Origin: Camelus dromedarius
Taxonomy: Eukaryota
DNA length: 64,000 bases
Direction: 5' to 3'
NCBI RefSeq assembly: GCF_036321535.1
Contig: NC_087436.1
Coordinates: forward strand, 118,050,001-118,114,000
In this document: positions 37,393-49,816 of the stretch, in pieces
Layout: every line of letters starts with the position of its first letter
Numbering within the stretch: the stretch's first letter is position 1
Made by a program: the position numbers and the translations under genes
Notes under the pieces: model-generated
Database searches by the model: none
What the model was told of the DNA's origin: nothing
The model's input: only the letters and a program-made list of their open reading frames with translations

Positions 37393-40109
37393 GAGAGACA
37401 GCCACAATGGGGGACACAGATGAATTAGGGCCTCTACCGGCAAGAAGTTTACAGTCTGGGGGGGGTGGGTGTGTTCACAGTTAAGTGGCGTAACAGGCAG
37501 GATGTGAAAAGGGACATGGCAGGGTTGAGTCTAGGAGTTAGAGGAAGTGAGAGTTGGAGGTTGCTTCAGATTGGGGAGTTGGGGGGCTAGATGGAGGAGG
37601 TGGTCTATGAACTTGGCCTTGAAGGATGGATAGAATTTCAAAAAGTTAACAACATGGGTTGGGAGAACATCTTAGGCAAGGGGACTGACCCCAAATCACA
37701 GCTACAACCAGCAGGATGACTGCCGTGCTGGAAGTGTGTGCCGTGGTCCCCAGCTCAGTTGCCTCCAGGCGGCAGCAGTCACAGGAAAGAGAGGAGCCTC
37801 TTTTCCCACTTGCTGGCTCCTGTGTTTTCAGGAGGGGGCCGCCCCAGCCAGAGTTGGCTGCCACAGCCCATCTCCAGCAAGTTGCTGCCCTGCAGGAACC
37901 TCTTCCAGGGGTGGCCAGATGGTAGCTTTTCTACAGAAGCCAGAAATCTGGATCTTTATGTGAAGTACTCAAGGTTTTAAAAGTGAGAGTCTAATTCAGT
38001 TATAAAAAACAAAACAAAATAAAACCCACACTGAATAGAGAAATGTAGGAATCAGAGGGCTTCTGTTTGTAACCTCTGATGTGAGGCACAGAGAGACTGA
38101 GTTACTTGCCCAAGGCCACACAGCTGTGAAGTGACCCAGCCAGCATTGTCAGTGATCCCTGGGTTCTTGATAACATGCTCCAAATTACTCAGCCATAGTG
38201 AGCATCTTCTTGAGAGGTGGATGGGCCACTGTCATGGGCCACAGAGGGTGTTAAAGCCAGGAGACGATGGCCACTGATCAGCGAGATGGCACTGTAGGAG
38301 CACGGGGCAAAAGGACAAGATTTCTTTCAACCCTGCGAAGCTGCAATTCCAGGAAGATTTGGCGCCCGACATGTGGCTTCCCGGAGGGTCTGCACTGTTG
38401 CACAGCATGAGATCTGGTACACTGATTCAGGACTTTACATCCTGCAGTTGTTTCTCTGAAAGAGAGAGGTGGGGAGGGGGGAAGGGAGGGGGGAAAGAAG
38501 GAGCAGAAAGAAACAGAAGAAGAGAAAAACTAAAATTACCTCTTTTGTTTAGGCCGAAAGGAAAGGCATTCGGCTCACTGAAAGGGGATGGATAATTAAG
38601 ATCATTTTTGATTGGAAACTTCATTGGAAACTCCGTTATTTTTTTCAAGAATGAAACGATGGAAATGATTCCTTAATCGTCATCTCTGATAGAATAGAAA
38701 TTTATCCCATCTTGTACCCCAATTACGGATGATAATGGCTTAATCTTCTGAGGGATTTTTTTTTTTTTAATACAAAGCATTTCTTTATTTTGCATTTCTA
38801 CGCTCTGGGTCTGAATAACAGGCTGTGCAAAGATAAAGCTGCAGCTGAAATTCCTGTGTGATGGGCACTGGTGTACGTTTACATCGAGGAGTCTGCTTTT
38901 GCAGCAAATGCCCCTATAAGTACGATTTAGTTTCTCAAATATGTCTTGCTCAGTGTTACGTGGTGATTAAGATCCCAGCCCTTAAGTGGAAAAGGCCTGC
39001 GTTCATTAATCAGATATTTGTTAATAAAGTAAACTTTCCTCCAGTTTTTCCAGGACTGCACTGTTTTTCCAGGGTACCCTCAATTTAATGTCTCCTTTTA
39101 TTATCAAAAGTGTCCTAGTTCTAACACTGAAGGGTGTGGTCATGCTAATCCTGGGTGTTTACCTGCAGCAGGCACCACTCTCCTAGCTTCAGCTGGCCCT
39201 CTAAATTGCCAGCCACTTTGTGGAGCTTTCTAGTCAAGTCAGATACCTTAGTGCCCTGGGCTGCTGGCCCCTCCATAGCCACTCTGCCTCCCAGATGGAG
39301 GGGAGCCTGGGAGAGGCAGAGAGAAGGGAGAGGGAAGAAGATGGAGGGCAGGCAGGGAGGAGGGACCAGCATCCTGGAAAAGCCGGAGGCTGCCAGCTTG
39401 GGAGATGGGGAGGAGCCAGGCCAGGCCAGCTAAGCTGTGGCACTGTGGGCACAGGTAGGCAGGGAGGGTGGCGGGAGGTGGGCCCAGCCTCCACTGTGGG
39501 AAGGAGCACGATTCTGGTGCTCATGCAACATGGAAAAGTCAGGGCCTAAAAGAAGAAAGAGGAGGGACAGAGTAGGCAAGAAAAATAAGAAACAGGCTCC
39601 AAATTCAGCTCAAGGCCCGCAGGCTCCATCCTGGTGAGGGTGGGTAAAGAAGTCACTTCCTGTTTAAACGCTGAAGTCTAAGCTGAATGTCTCTTGAAGC
39701 CCAGAGGGAGGAGATGGTGAACACAACAGACACATCCCTGCCCTTTCCTGATAGAACCACCTCATGGCTTTGTGACCCTGGGCAAGTTACTCGGCAAGTG
39801 ATACCCCCTGGAGCAGCTGCAGGAGGAAGGAACAAAATCGGCTTCAGGCAACCACAGATTAGGAGTTCTCAGAAAACACAGCTGCTAAATTGTGTACCTT
39901 AAGTATTTCAGGCTCTTCTCTGCCGCGGTGCCACTGGCTGGCTGGCTGCACTGACCAACTCAGGAGACGTGTTGCTCATTTTGGCCACTGGCTCTCTCTA
40001 CAGTTGTGGGGAAACTGTGACATCTCATGCTTGCCCAGGTACAACCGACCCTTGCGAGAGATCCGTCCAGAGCCCTTCATGAATGTGAGGAGTCATGAAT
40101 AGGGTCACT

Positions 40110-43100
40110 CGTTTGTTGACAATTTTTTAAAATGAAATATGTCAAGCACAGACAAGTATGGAGATGCTATAACGCACACCAGCATATCCTCCCTCAGTTT
40201 GAAAAATGAAACATCTTCGATACAATTGAAGTCTCTTTGTCTTTCACACCATAATCCTTTTCCCTCCCGAGAGATTACCACAAACATTTCCACTGGGTTT
40301 TTTATCCTTTTGCCTAATGTTTTGATACCCAGAGCAATAGATCCTACTCTTAAACTGTCCCCGAGTGAAATTAGATCATTCTACAACTTGCTTTTCTCAC
40401 TCCCCATTATTTTTTGTATTTACTCCTACGATGCAGTTCATTTATTGTAACTGCTTTACATTGTTCTGCAGGATTATGCCACAGTTTACTGACTTATTCC
40501 TGTCTTGATGTAGGTGTAATGTAGTTGTGAGCGTTCTTGGTTGGCTTCCCATGTGCACATTCCCGGGCACATTCCACAGGATACACACAGGCTGAGAAAT
40601 AGTGGAGTTGCTGGGTCATAGACTTTGCCAGCTTGGAAATTAGAAGTCAGTGACAGCTGACTCCCGAGAAGAATTGCATTTCCAGTTGCAATTCTTGGTA
40701 GTTCCTGCTTGCCCACACGCAGCCAGCACTTGGTATTATCAAACTTTAAAGTTTTGCCAGTATGGTGAGTTTTAAAAATTGCATATTCTGATATACTAGT
40801 GAAGTTGAACCCCTTTGAAATATTTATCATTCATTCCGGTTTCCAAAATGGGAAAAGATGTTGCCCACTCGTATCCTTTGCCTGTTTTTTTCCCAGTAGG
40901 TTGAGTTGTTGTTATACCATCAGTAGAGGTGGTGTCCTTGTCTTATTCCTGACTTGAGTGGAAATGCTTCTCAAGTTTTAACATGTTGTAGGTTTTTGAT
41001 TGTTAATGAAATTCACTAGAGTCCCAGTTTACTAAGAGTTTTATAAAGCAGTATGAATGGGTGCTAGTTTTCTCTTTGAAATTTGAAATACTACCTATAT
41101 AAAGTGAGCAAATCTAAACTGTAAAGCTTGATACATTTTCAGAAAGTAAACAGAGCCAATCAAAGGGTAGAACATTAACAGTAACCCATAACCCTTCATG
41201 TCTCTACCCTCTATCTGCTCCTCAAAGTAATCCTTCTTATGAATTCTAACATGATAGATTGGTTCTGCCTGGTTTTGAACCTTATATAAAGAGAATCAAG
41301 GAATTTGTGTTGTTCTGGGTCTGGCTTCGTTCTTCTCATTGCTTGCACTGTTCATCCGTGTTGTTTTACGTAGTGTTAGTTTGTTTGCATTGTTGCTGTT
41401 GCTCCACTGTATGACTGGGTTACATTATCTCTTTGGATTCTGAGCTCGATGCACATAATGATAATGGAATGAAACTCGTTGTTTGGGTATACGCCCTGGA
41501 GTGAAATTTCTAGGTCACAGGACAGGTCTGCACTCAACTTCCCAAAGCAGTTGCACCGGTTTACATTTCTGCTTTGGTCCACGTCCTTGGATCCTCACCT
41601 TGGTCCAAACCCTTGGAGCCTCCTTGGTCCACATCCTCCCAATCTTCATTGAGAGTTGTCATTGTCTGTCACTTTAATTTGTGGTGTTCTAGTAAGTATG
41701 TAATGACACTCCACTGTAGTTTTAATTTACACTTTCTATCATGAATGATGTTGAATACCTTTTTATAGGATTGTTTTCGTCTAGATATACCCTTTTGCAA
41801 AATACCTGTTCAAGTCTCTTTACCAGTGTTTCTGTTGAGTTTCTCTTGTTGACCGATAGGAGTTCCTGCATACTCTGGGTATCAGCTTACCAAAGAGGTT
41901 TTAGGTCTGTGATAGAAATAGCTTCTATTCTGTATTGTGCATTTTTACTCTCTTGAGGGAATCTTTTGATGAACTGATATTCTTACATTTAACCTTATTT
42001 ATTACTCTTTTCCTTTAAGGTTGGTGCTTAAGAAATTTTTGCCTACTCTAAGATCATGAAGATATCTCAAATGGCAAAAAATGTCCATTTGTATCCTTTG
42101 CCCATTTTTTCCAATTGTTGACTAGCATTAGTAGTAGAGTGTATCCTTGCCTTATTCCTGACTTCAGTGGAAATGCTTCTCAAATTTCAACATTAAAAAT
42201 GATGTTTGTTTCAAGTTTTTACTTGTTACCTATTACCATATTAAGGAAATTTACTATGTTCCCAGTTTTTCTTTAGAGAACTGATGGTTTTGCCATTTAC
42301 ACTCAGATCTATAACCTACTTGGAATAAGATTTTTGTCTAAGGTAGAAGATAGGGGTCTTTACCAGACTTAATAAAATTAACAGTAATTATGTAATATCT
42401 TTCAGTCCAGATTCAAATTTCCTCCATTGCCTAAAATATGCCTTTTGTAGATTGTTTGTTGAAATTGAGCTCCAAACAAGGGTTCTCTTAAAAAGGACTT
42501 TTTCATGCTGTTTACTTGTGAAGGAAGTGAGTTTTCCTAAAAATTGTTTTATATGACTGGGCTTTATTACTGCTTCCTTGTGATGTCATTTAATTTGTTC
42601 TCTTGGCCCTTATATATCCTGTCGATCTTCAGTTAGATGTAAAGTATGGATTAGGTTTAACTTTATTTTTGGCATGGATGCCTCATGTCCCATTTTGGGT
42701 TTTCATGTTTAGTGGCACTAAGGTTGATAAGTGGCTGAGGTAATGACAATTCCATTCTTGTAAAATCTCTCATCAGCATTCCACCTAGTAATTTTACCAT
42801 TCATCAGTGACCATTGTCTGAATCAGTTATTAACTGAGGAATTGCAAAATGGTAAATTTTAATCCATTCATTCAGTATTTAGTAAGTGAAAGAACTTTAC
42901 TCTATCCTCTTTGATATTTGGTTACTCGGAAGTAATATTCATAATAGAATGGCAGAATAACTGCACAACTCTTTCCCTTTATTTATCAAATTACAGAGGA
43001 GTTGGTGTCTTTGCAAGATCCAATGTTACCCATCTGGTGAGTTTTGTTTCTCTCCTTTTTTTATCAAAGCTAATTATAAGCTCATTGTTTTCCATATAGC

Positions 43101-43240
43101 CCATGTATTTTAGTAAATTGCAGTCTAATTTTTATGAATGCTTTTATTGAAGCATAATTTACATTTGGATGATTACATGAATCATTAATATATACAGCCT
43201 GAGGTAGTCTGTGTGACCACTGCTCATATCAAGAAAAACA
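40110..43240 (-). mobile_element. Stack of old antisense L1 fragments (L1ME/L1MC-like)
   Basis: T-rich L1 text, e.g. tccttgtcttattcctgacttgagtggaaatgcttc and atgaatgatgttgaataccttttt. Confidence 0.6.
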
Positions 43241-43257
43241 AAATATCAAGTCATTTT

Positions 43258-43788
43258 TTGTTCATGGATTAGAAGACTTAATGATGTTAAGATGCTCATG
43301 TTATTCAAAGTGATCTGCAGATTCAATAACATCCCTATCAAAACCCCAATGACATTTTTTACAGAAATAGAAAAAAAATTCTAAAAGTTATATCAACACA
43401 AAAGACCACAAATAGCCAAATCAATCTTGAGAAAGAAGAACAAAGCTGAAGGCATCACACTTCCTGATTTCAAAATATGTTACAAAGCTATAGAAATCCA
43501 AACAGTATGATACAGGCATAAAGACCTGTATCTTTACCTGTATACAGACCAACGGAAATGACTAGAGAGCCCAGAAATAAATTGATGCATATTAAGTCAA
43601 CTGATCTTTGACAAGGGTGCCAAGAATACACAATAGGAAAAGGATAGTCCCTTCAACAAATGGTATTGGGAAAACTAAATATCCCCATGTGAGCGAATAA
43701 AGCTGGACCCTTACCTCACACCAAACACAAAAATCAACTCAAAATGTGTTAAAGACTTAAATATAAGACCTGGAACTGTAAAATTCCT
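43258..43788 (+). mobile_element. L1 ORF2 internal fragment (L1MA-like), no 3' end
   Basis: ggcatcacacttcctgatttcaaaatatgttacaaagcta ([11 protein letters not shown]), aactgatctttgacaagggtgccaagaa and cttcaacaaatggtattgggaaaact. Confidence 0.85.
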
Positions 43789-43876
43789 TACTTTTTTTGG
43801 TCTGTCAATTGCAGAATGAGTGAATCAAGTTCATGTTCATTTGGCATTACACATCCTTTTTTTTTAAGTTAGTGGA

Positions 43877-44029
43877 TGTCAGAGAGTATAGCTCAAGTGG
43901 TAGAGAGCTTGCTTAGCATGTACAGGATCCTGGGTTCAGTCCCTGGCACCACCTCTAAAAATAAGTAAATAAACTTAATTATCCCTCCCCCAAAAAAATT
44001 TTTAAAAATTAAAAAAAATTAAATAAAAA
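43877..44029 (+). mobile_element. tRNA-derived SINE (Vic-1-like)
   Basis: gtatagctcaagtggtagagagcttgcttagcatgtacaggatcctgggttcagtccc; A-rich tail. TSD TTAAGTTAGTGGA at 43864-43876 and 44030-44042. Confidence 0.9.
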
Positions 44030-45469
44030 TTAAGTTAGTGGACCTTATTCATATTTTATCAATTTTTCCACGAGTGTCTTTCATCTCATAAGAAAACCAT
44101 TTCCACAGTTCAGGAGCCAATCCGGGTCACATACTGCATTTAGTTGTCATGTATGTTTCTTTAAGAAATAATTCACGTTGCTTTTTACTTGAGAGTGGCC
44201 TTCGATTTAATTTATTTATTTCCTTTTTCTGCTGTTGTGAGTCAGTGGCTTACAATTTAAAGCTTTTCTGCTTCTGGGAATTTTGACTGTTTCTTAAATG
44301 GCTAGCAGATCTGGTAATGGAAAATTCATCAGTCCACACACCCCTGGATTCAAAGCCCAAACCTACCAGTTCCTAGCTGTGTGATCTGGGGAACATCGCT
44401 CCACTTCTTTGAGCAGCAGTTTGCTTTGCTTTTCTTAAAATGCAACATTATTATTATTTTCCATGTGTACAGTATTATAGTTTTACTTCTGTGTCCACTA
44501 TAGCAGGCTCAGCGTCACCTGCAAACCTTCAATCTGCCCAAGCTGAGAGGCGTTGATTCTAGGAAGTGGACGCATCATTCTACCCGGTAGAATCGCAAGT
44601 CGAAATGAGGAGGGAAAACAGGAGAGTAACAAACAGTGATTAGAAGGGAGTAGGTATGTTTAAACCTGAAATGCTCATTAGTCTTGAAGAATGGAAACCT
44701 TAAAAGGCAATTTATATGCAAACACTTCCAGTGTTCTTTCTGCACAAGGCTCCTCTCCGTCATCAGCCTGCCAAAGACCACCGCTAAGGAGGATTTTTCC
44801 CTCTCCCTCTTTCTTCCCTCCTAATTGCCGTGCTCTCGCCAGCCTCCTTGTCAAATCAATGCAGGCTGAAGCCACGTTCCTACCCAGAGCCTGTCCGCCA
44901 GCAAGACCACGTGCTTCATTATTCCGCCAGCCCCTGGTGTCTCAGAACCTAAGGATCTGACACCCAGAAGCAGCCTTCCAGGTGCCACACACCACGGCCC
45001 CATCTTCCTAATGAGGCAGCTGAGGTCCAGAAGGAGAAGGCACGTCCAGGGTTGGTCCTTCATCCGTTTACTCAGCTGATGTTTATCAAATACTTATTGA
45101 ACAACTACTTCACACTTGGCCCAAGGGAAACAGAGACAGACAAGCGCCCTTGTTACAGACGGACAGTGAGCTAATAAATGACTACATAAGAAATGAGAGA
45201 AGATGCTATATGCTAGGAAGGAAGTACACAGGGTCCTCTATTAGAAAACGGTGTGTGTGCATCTCCTTGATGGGGTTTGTCTTAGTTTGGGTTTTGCTAG
45301 AGGTAGACCCTGATGCAAGGACCCAGGTGCTAGAAGTTTATTTGGAAGGCGATCCCAGGAAACATGGGAGGGAGGGGAAGTGGGGCAGTGGGCAGGGCTT
45401 CCAGCCGATTTGCGTGGACAAGCAGTGTGAGTGACAGGACAAACATTTACTGTTACAAGCCACCAAGTT

Positions 45470-45935
45470 GTTTTTTGTTGTTGAAGTATAGTTGATTTAC
45501 AGTGTTGTGTTACTTTCCAGTGTACAGCATAGTGATTTAGTTTTTAATAGATATAGATATAGATATTCTTTTTTCAGATCCTTTTGGTGATAGTTTATTA
45601 CAAGATATTAAATACAGTTCCTTGTGCTATATTGTTGTTTATCTATTTCACATCTAAGTAGTTTGTATCTGCTAATCCCAAACTCTTAATTTATCCCTGC
45701 CCCCCTCCCTTTCCCCTTTGGTCATTGTAAGTTTGTTTTCTATGTCTGTGAGTCTCTTTCTGCTTTGTAAATAAATCATTTTTTAAAGATTTCACATATA
45801 GGTGATATCATATGATATTTGTCTTTATCTGTCTGACTTACTTCACTTACTATGATAATCTCATGATAATCTCTAGGTCCATCCATATTGCTGCAAATGG
45901 CATTATTTCATTCTTTTTTGTGGTTGAGTAATATT

Positions 45936-45985
<50 letters not shown>

Positions 45986-46815
45986 CACGCACACATCGAT
46001 ATATGCATATATGCATTCATCTGTTGATGGACATTTAGGTTGTTTCCATGAGTTGGCTATTGTAAATAGTGCTGCTATGAACATTAGGGTGCATGTAACT
46101 TTGTGAGTTAGCGTTTCCTCTGGGTATATACCCAGGAGTGGGATTGCTGGTGTGAATGAAAAATACTGCAAGCCGTATCAGTAAACAAAGAATCCTGAAG
46201 CCATCAAGTCGTCAGCCACTGCCGCCACCCCCCATAGTGAGCTCAGGGTGCAGACAAGCAGGCAGCCCAGCCTCTGCAGCCACCTCAGTGCCCTCTGAGG
46301 GGACTCAGAATAAGAAAGGACAGGATATTGGCCCTCAGTAGCTGGGTGCTTGTCAAAGGAGTGATTTTAATGAGCCCAGACATGTGGTCCCTCCCATACA
46401 TAGAAAAGCGCTAAAAGTTTCAACTTGAGATGTCTGGTTTTCTTTAACAATAATCTTTAATGTTCCGACTGCCTGGTCTTTGTTGTGAAACTGTTATACA
46501 TCCTGGCTCCTCTCCTACCTCGTCGGAGCAGTCCCTCAGAGCGACCTGGGAGGCTGTCATCCCGGGCTGCAAGGGGTTCGAGTCCTCAGAAATGTCCGCC
46601 GAATAATACAGAACTCTTAACTTTTAGGTTGTGCATTTTATTTCATTTGACACTGGATCATATGGGAAGTCTATTTTCAGTTTTTTAAGGAACCTCCACA
46701 CTGTTTCCCACAGTGGCTGCACCTGGCTGCATTCCCGCCAGCAGTGCAGGGGGGCTCCCCTTTCTCCACAGCCTCTCCGGCATTTGTTGTTTGTGGACGT
46801 TTGAATGACTGCGGT
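45470..46815 (-). mobile_element. 5'-truncated L1 3' end, split by a solo LTR
   Basis: Antisense 3' UTR/ORF2 end. cccaggagtgggattgctgg (to 46150) resumes as ctggatcatatggg at 46653. Contains a (TG)n tract at 45939-45982. Confidence 0.9.
46151..46652 (+). mobile_element. ERV1-class solo LTR (502 bp), younger than its host L1
   Basis: TG...CA ends (tgtgaatg...tttgaca); 4-bp TSD ctgg at 46147-46150 and 46653-46656. TATA-like gttataca and U5-like aacttttaggttgtgcatt. Confidence 0.88.
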
Positions 46816-48561
46816 GGAATTTTGACACCTCAGATATATTGTAAACTCGTACACGCCCTCTCTCCACACCTGTGCTGTACACATCAAAGAGTAAGAGAAT
46901 TTTGCCCCCAGAACCGATTTCCACCCTCTTGCAGGGATCACCTGCTGTGGGCATTCCTGGTGGTGGCGCTTCTGCCCCTCAGGCAGACTGACTTTGGTGT
47001 CCTTCCCTCAGTTTAGCGAGCACATTCTGTGCCGTGGCCTGTGTGCGAAGTTCTGTTGATGTTAGAAATGAGAAATTGATATTCTGTCGGCTGGCAAAAC
47101 TCATGGAAGGAACAGGAGTGTGTGTAACTGCCGGGGTGCTAGGAAGATTTCACACCCGGCTGGGACAGCTTCAGTTTCCACCTGGGCAAGTGAGGACGTG
47201 GTTTGGTCTTTTTCTTAGCAGATTTCTGATAATGTGTGCTTTGGACCTCTGCTGGGTGGTGGCAAGCATCAGATTTCCAGAAGGTTATCATTTCCTTTTT
47301 TTTTTTTCTCAGATATTGTCAGTTTTTTCAGACTTCTGTTCTCAAGATTTTATCTCCTTCCAAGAATCTGACAAAACCCAAGCAGACACTCAGTGATTTG
47401 TATTATGGCTGTGTGACTCTGTTACAAAATGTTCCATTTTTAAAATAAATTAGATGAGGACATTCTCAGTTCTGAAAGAATGCATTCAGCTTATGAAGGT
47501 GAGGAGGGAAGAGCCTATGTGAGCTAACAAATTGCAAATAACATGTGTTCATGTTCTGAATCTGATGTGGTGACTGGAGCTATAAAAGTCGCTTTTTTGG
47601 GTGTAGACTCCATTATTTCCTTAAAGTTTTAATGGTTTCTCCCTCATCCACGTGCATTTATTTCAGTATCCAATCATTTCATAATCGCTACACAGATCTG
47701 AGACTTGCATACAGATAGATGCTTGAATGAATGAAGGTAATGTTTAGAGATAACATGAAATCATGAGAATTTTTGAGATCTGTGTGTTTGTGACAAAATG
47801 ACTACGTGACCAATGACATTGTTCGGGAATCTAACTGGTGCCCTGCTTTATTCTGAGCACTTTACAAATATTAAATAATTTGGTCCCACAACATCCTATT
47901 ATGTAGAGGTTCTTATTATTCCCCTGTTACAGAGGAGGAAGCGGGTCCCACAACTTGTAAGGGGAAGAGCTGGCTTCAGATTCTGCGTATGTAGTTATGA
48001 TGTCATTACAGTGACAGTAAACAGTGTCAGCAGCTGCCAGGAGCAACGGTGCAGGTAGCAGTGACACCCAGAACAAAGGGCTCCGGCGGGCGTCGTTCCC
48101 TGAGCTGGCCAGCTCTTGTCAGGTAGAATGCTGGATGTTTTCTGTAAACTATCTCTCATTTTTCCAGTGGCTTTCAGAGGTAGTGAAGTTACTGTCCCCA
48201 TTTTGCAGACATGAAAACAAAGGCCCAGAATAGTTAAGGAAGCCTCAGGTCACACATGGCAGGGTGGAGGGGTGGAGCCTGGAGCTGGGCCTGCCTGCAC
48301 CCAAGTCTGGGTTGGGTCTCTCTGGAAGAGCTGAGAAGACTGCTGTCCCTGATAAAGAGGGAGGGGACGGACATCTGTTTGGGAAACTTGTCCTGGCCAC
48401 CACGTGGCAGCCAGCCACATAGAGAGGCCAGGAAGGCTGAGAAAAACGCAGCGCGCGGGCACGGATGACGGTTGGATACGGGGATTTCCCTCTCTAACCC
48501 AGGGCCCCTCATGTTGCCTCGTCCTGTGCTTTTCCAGTGACATCAACATCGTCATCATCAC

Positions 48562-48931
48562 TGTGAGTCTGCTCTGGCCGCCGTAACCGAGCACTCCAGA
48601 GTAGGGGACTTAAACAACGGTCACGTGACTCCTCATGGTCCCGGAGGTTACTAAAAGTCCGAGATCAAGGAGTCGGCAGGGTTGGTTTCTTCCAAGGCCT
48701 CTCCTTGGCTTGTGGATGGCCACCCTCTCCCCGTGTCCTCCCCGGGTCAGCCCTCTGTGTGTGCCTTGTCCTAATCTCTTATCAGGACACCAGTTACGTT
48801 GGGTTGAGGCCCACCCTAGTGACCTTATTCTACCTTAATCACCTCTTCAGATGCCCTGTATCCAAATAAATCCCATCGAAGGTTCTGGGGACTTCATGTG
48901 AATTTGAGGGGACACAGGTTATCCCATAACT
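48562..48931 (-). mobile_element. MaLR LTR (MLT1B-like)
   Basis: aagtccgagatcaaggagtcggcagggttggtttcttccaaggcctctccttggcttgtggatggcc ... ggcccaccctagtgacctt. Confidence 0.8.
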
Positions 48932-49671
48932 ACCATCTCCGGCCATGTCACCTCTGTCGTCATCCCCATCACTCCCGCAGCCCACTACCACTCATTGATT
49001 GACTAGTATGTCTGACCTCCATCTTTCCATGCATGACCTCGTTTAATCTGCACAGGAGTGAGGGGGAGAGAGGTGAGGTAAGCCCCCGCTTTGCTTACTC
49101 AAGAAACCCTTCTCTCATGCCCTGTTTCTGCCAAAAAGTCATCATCCCTCCGGTTTGTGGGCCGGGGGGCTGCCCTGTAGCCCATCTCCTTGGAAATCCA
49201 TCCTGTTTCTCTGGATTTTGGAATCTGGCTCTGACAGAGAGGAAAAGTCCTGAAATCTCTAAGCTCACCAGCTCTCTGAGCGAGCAGAGGACCTCACTGT
49301 ACTTGTCGAGAGCTGTGTGATGTCAGCTCTTCCTAAAGCCGTCAGCACTTCCTGGGCTCCGGAGCCTCCTGAAGCCCTCGGAGCGGGTGGCCAGTCCCAG
49401 CTCTGCCCCCACCGAGGCCTCCTGGGCTCGCTTACCTCCATTCTAGCTTTTGTGAAGGGGAAAGCCTGGATGGCTGGGGCCCGGTTTGGTTTGTGTCTGG
49501 CCCAGGGCCTAATCAAATAGAATCAGATCTCTGTGAAGGTCAGGAAGGAAATACAAAATAAATGGATCTTCTAACCCCAAAGGGAAACCACAGGCAATGG
49601 ATATAAAGAGCTTCAACAAGGCTTCTCATCTATCGTTCTGGTTTGCACTGGGCTAGTAAGGGAATAAGATG

Positions 49672-49755
49672 GTGTGTGTGAGCCTGCGTGTGTGTTTGTG
49701 TGCATGTGTGTGTGCGTGTGTGTGTGCGCGTGTGTGCATGTGTGCATGTGTGTGT
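49672..49755. repeat. Imperfect (TG)n/(TGCG)n microsatellite
   Basis: Read directly from the sequence. Confidence 0.9.
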
Positions 49756-49816
49756 TTTAGGGGCCATCCCTAATCGTTGGCAGTGCACAGCAATGAATTC
49801 ATCATTTATTTGGCCC

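Noticed and set aside
48394..48412. CTCF site tggccaccacgtggcagcc
   Set aside because: Close to consensus but has C at the strongly conserved G of CCACCAG. It reads equally well as an E-box (CACGTG). Not supportable without ChIP data.
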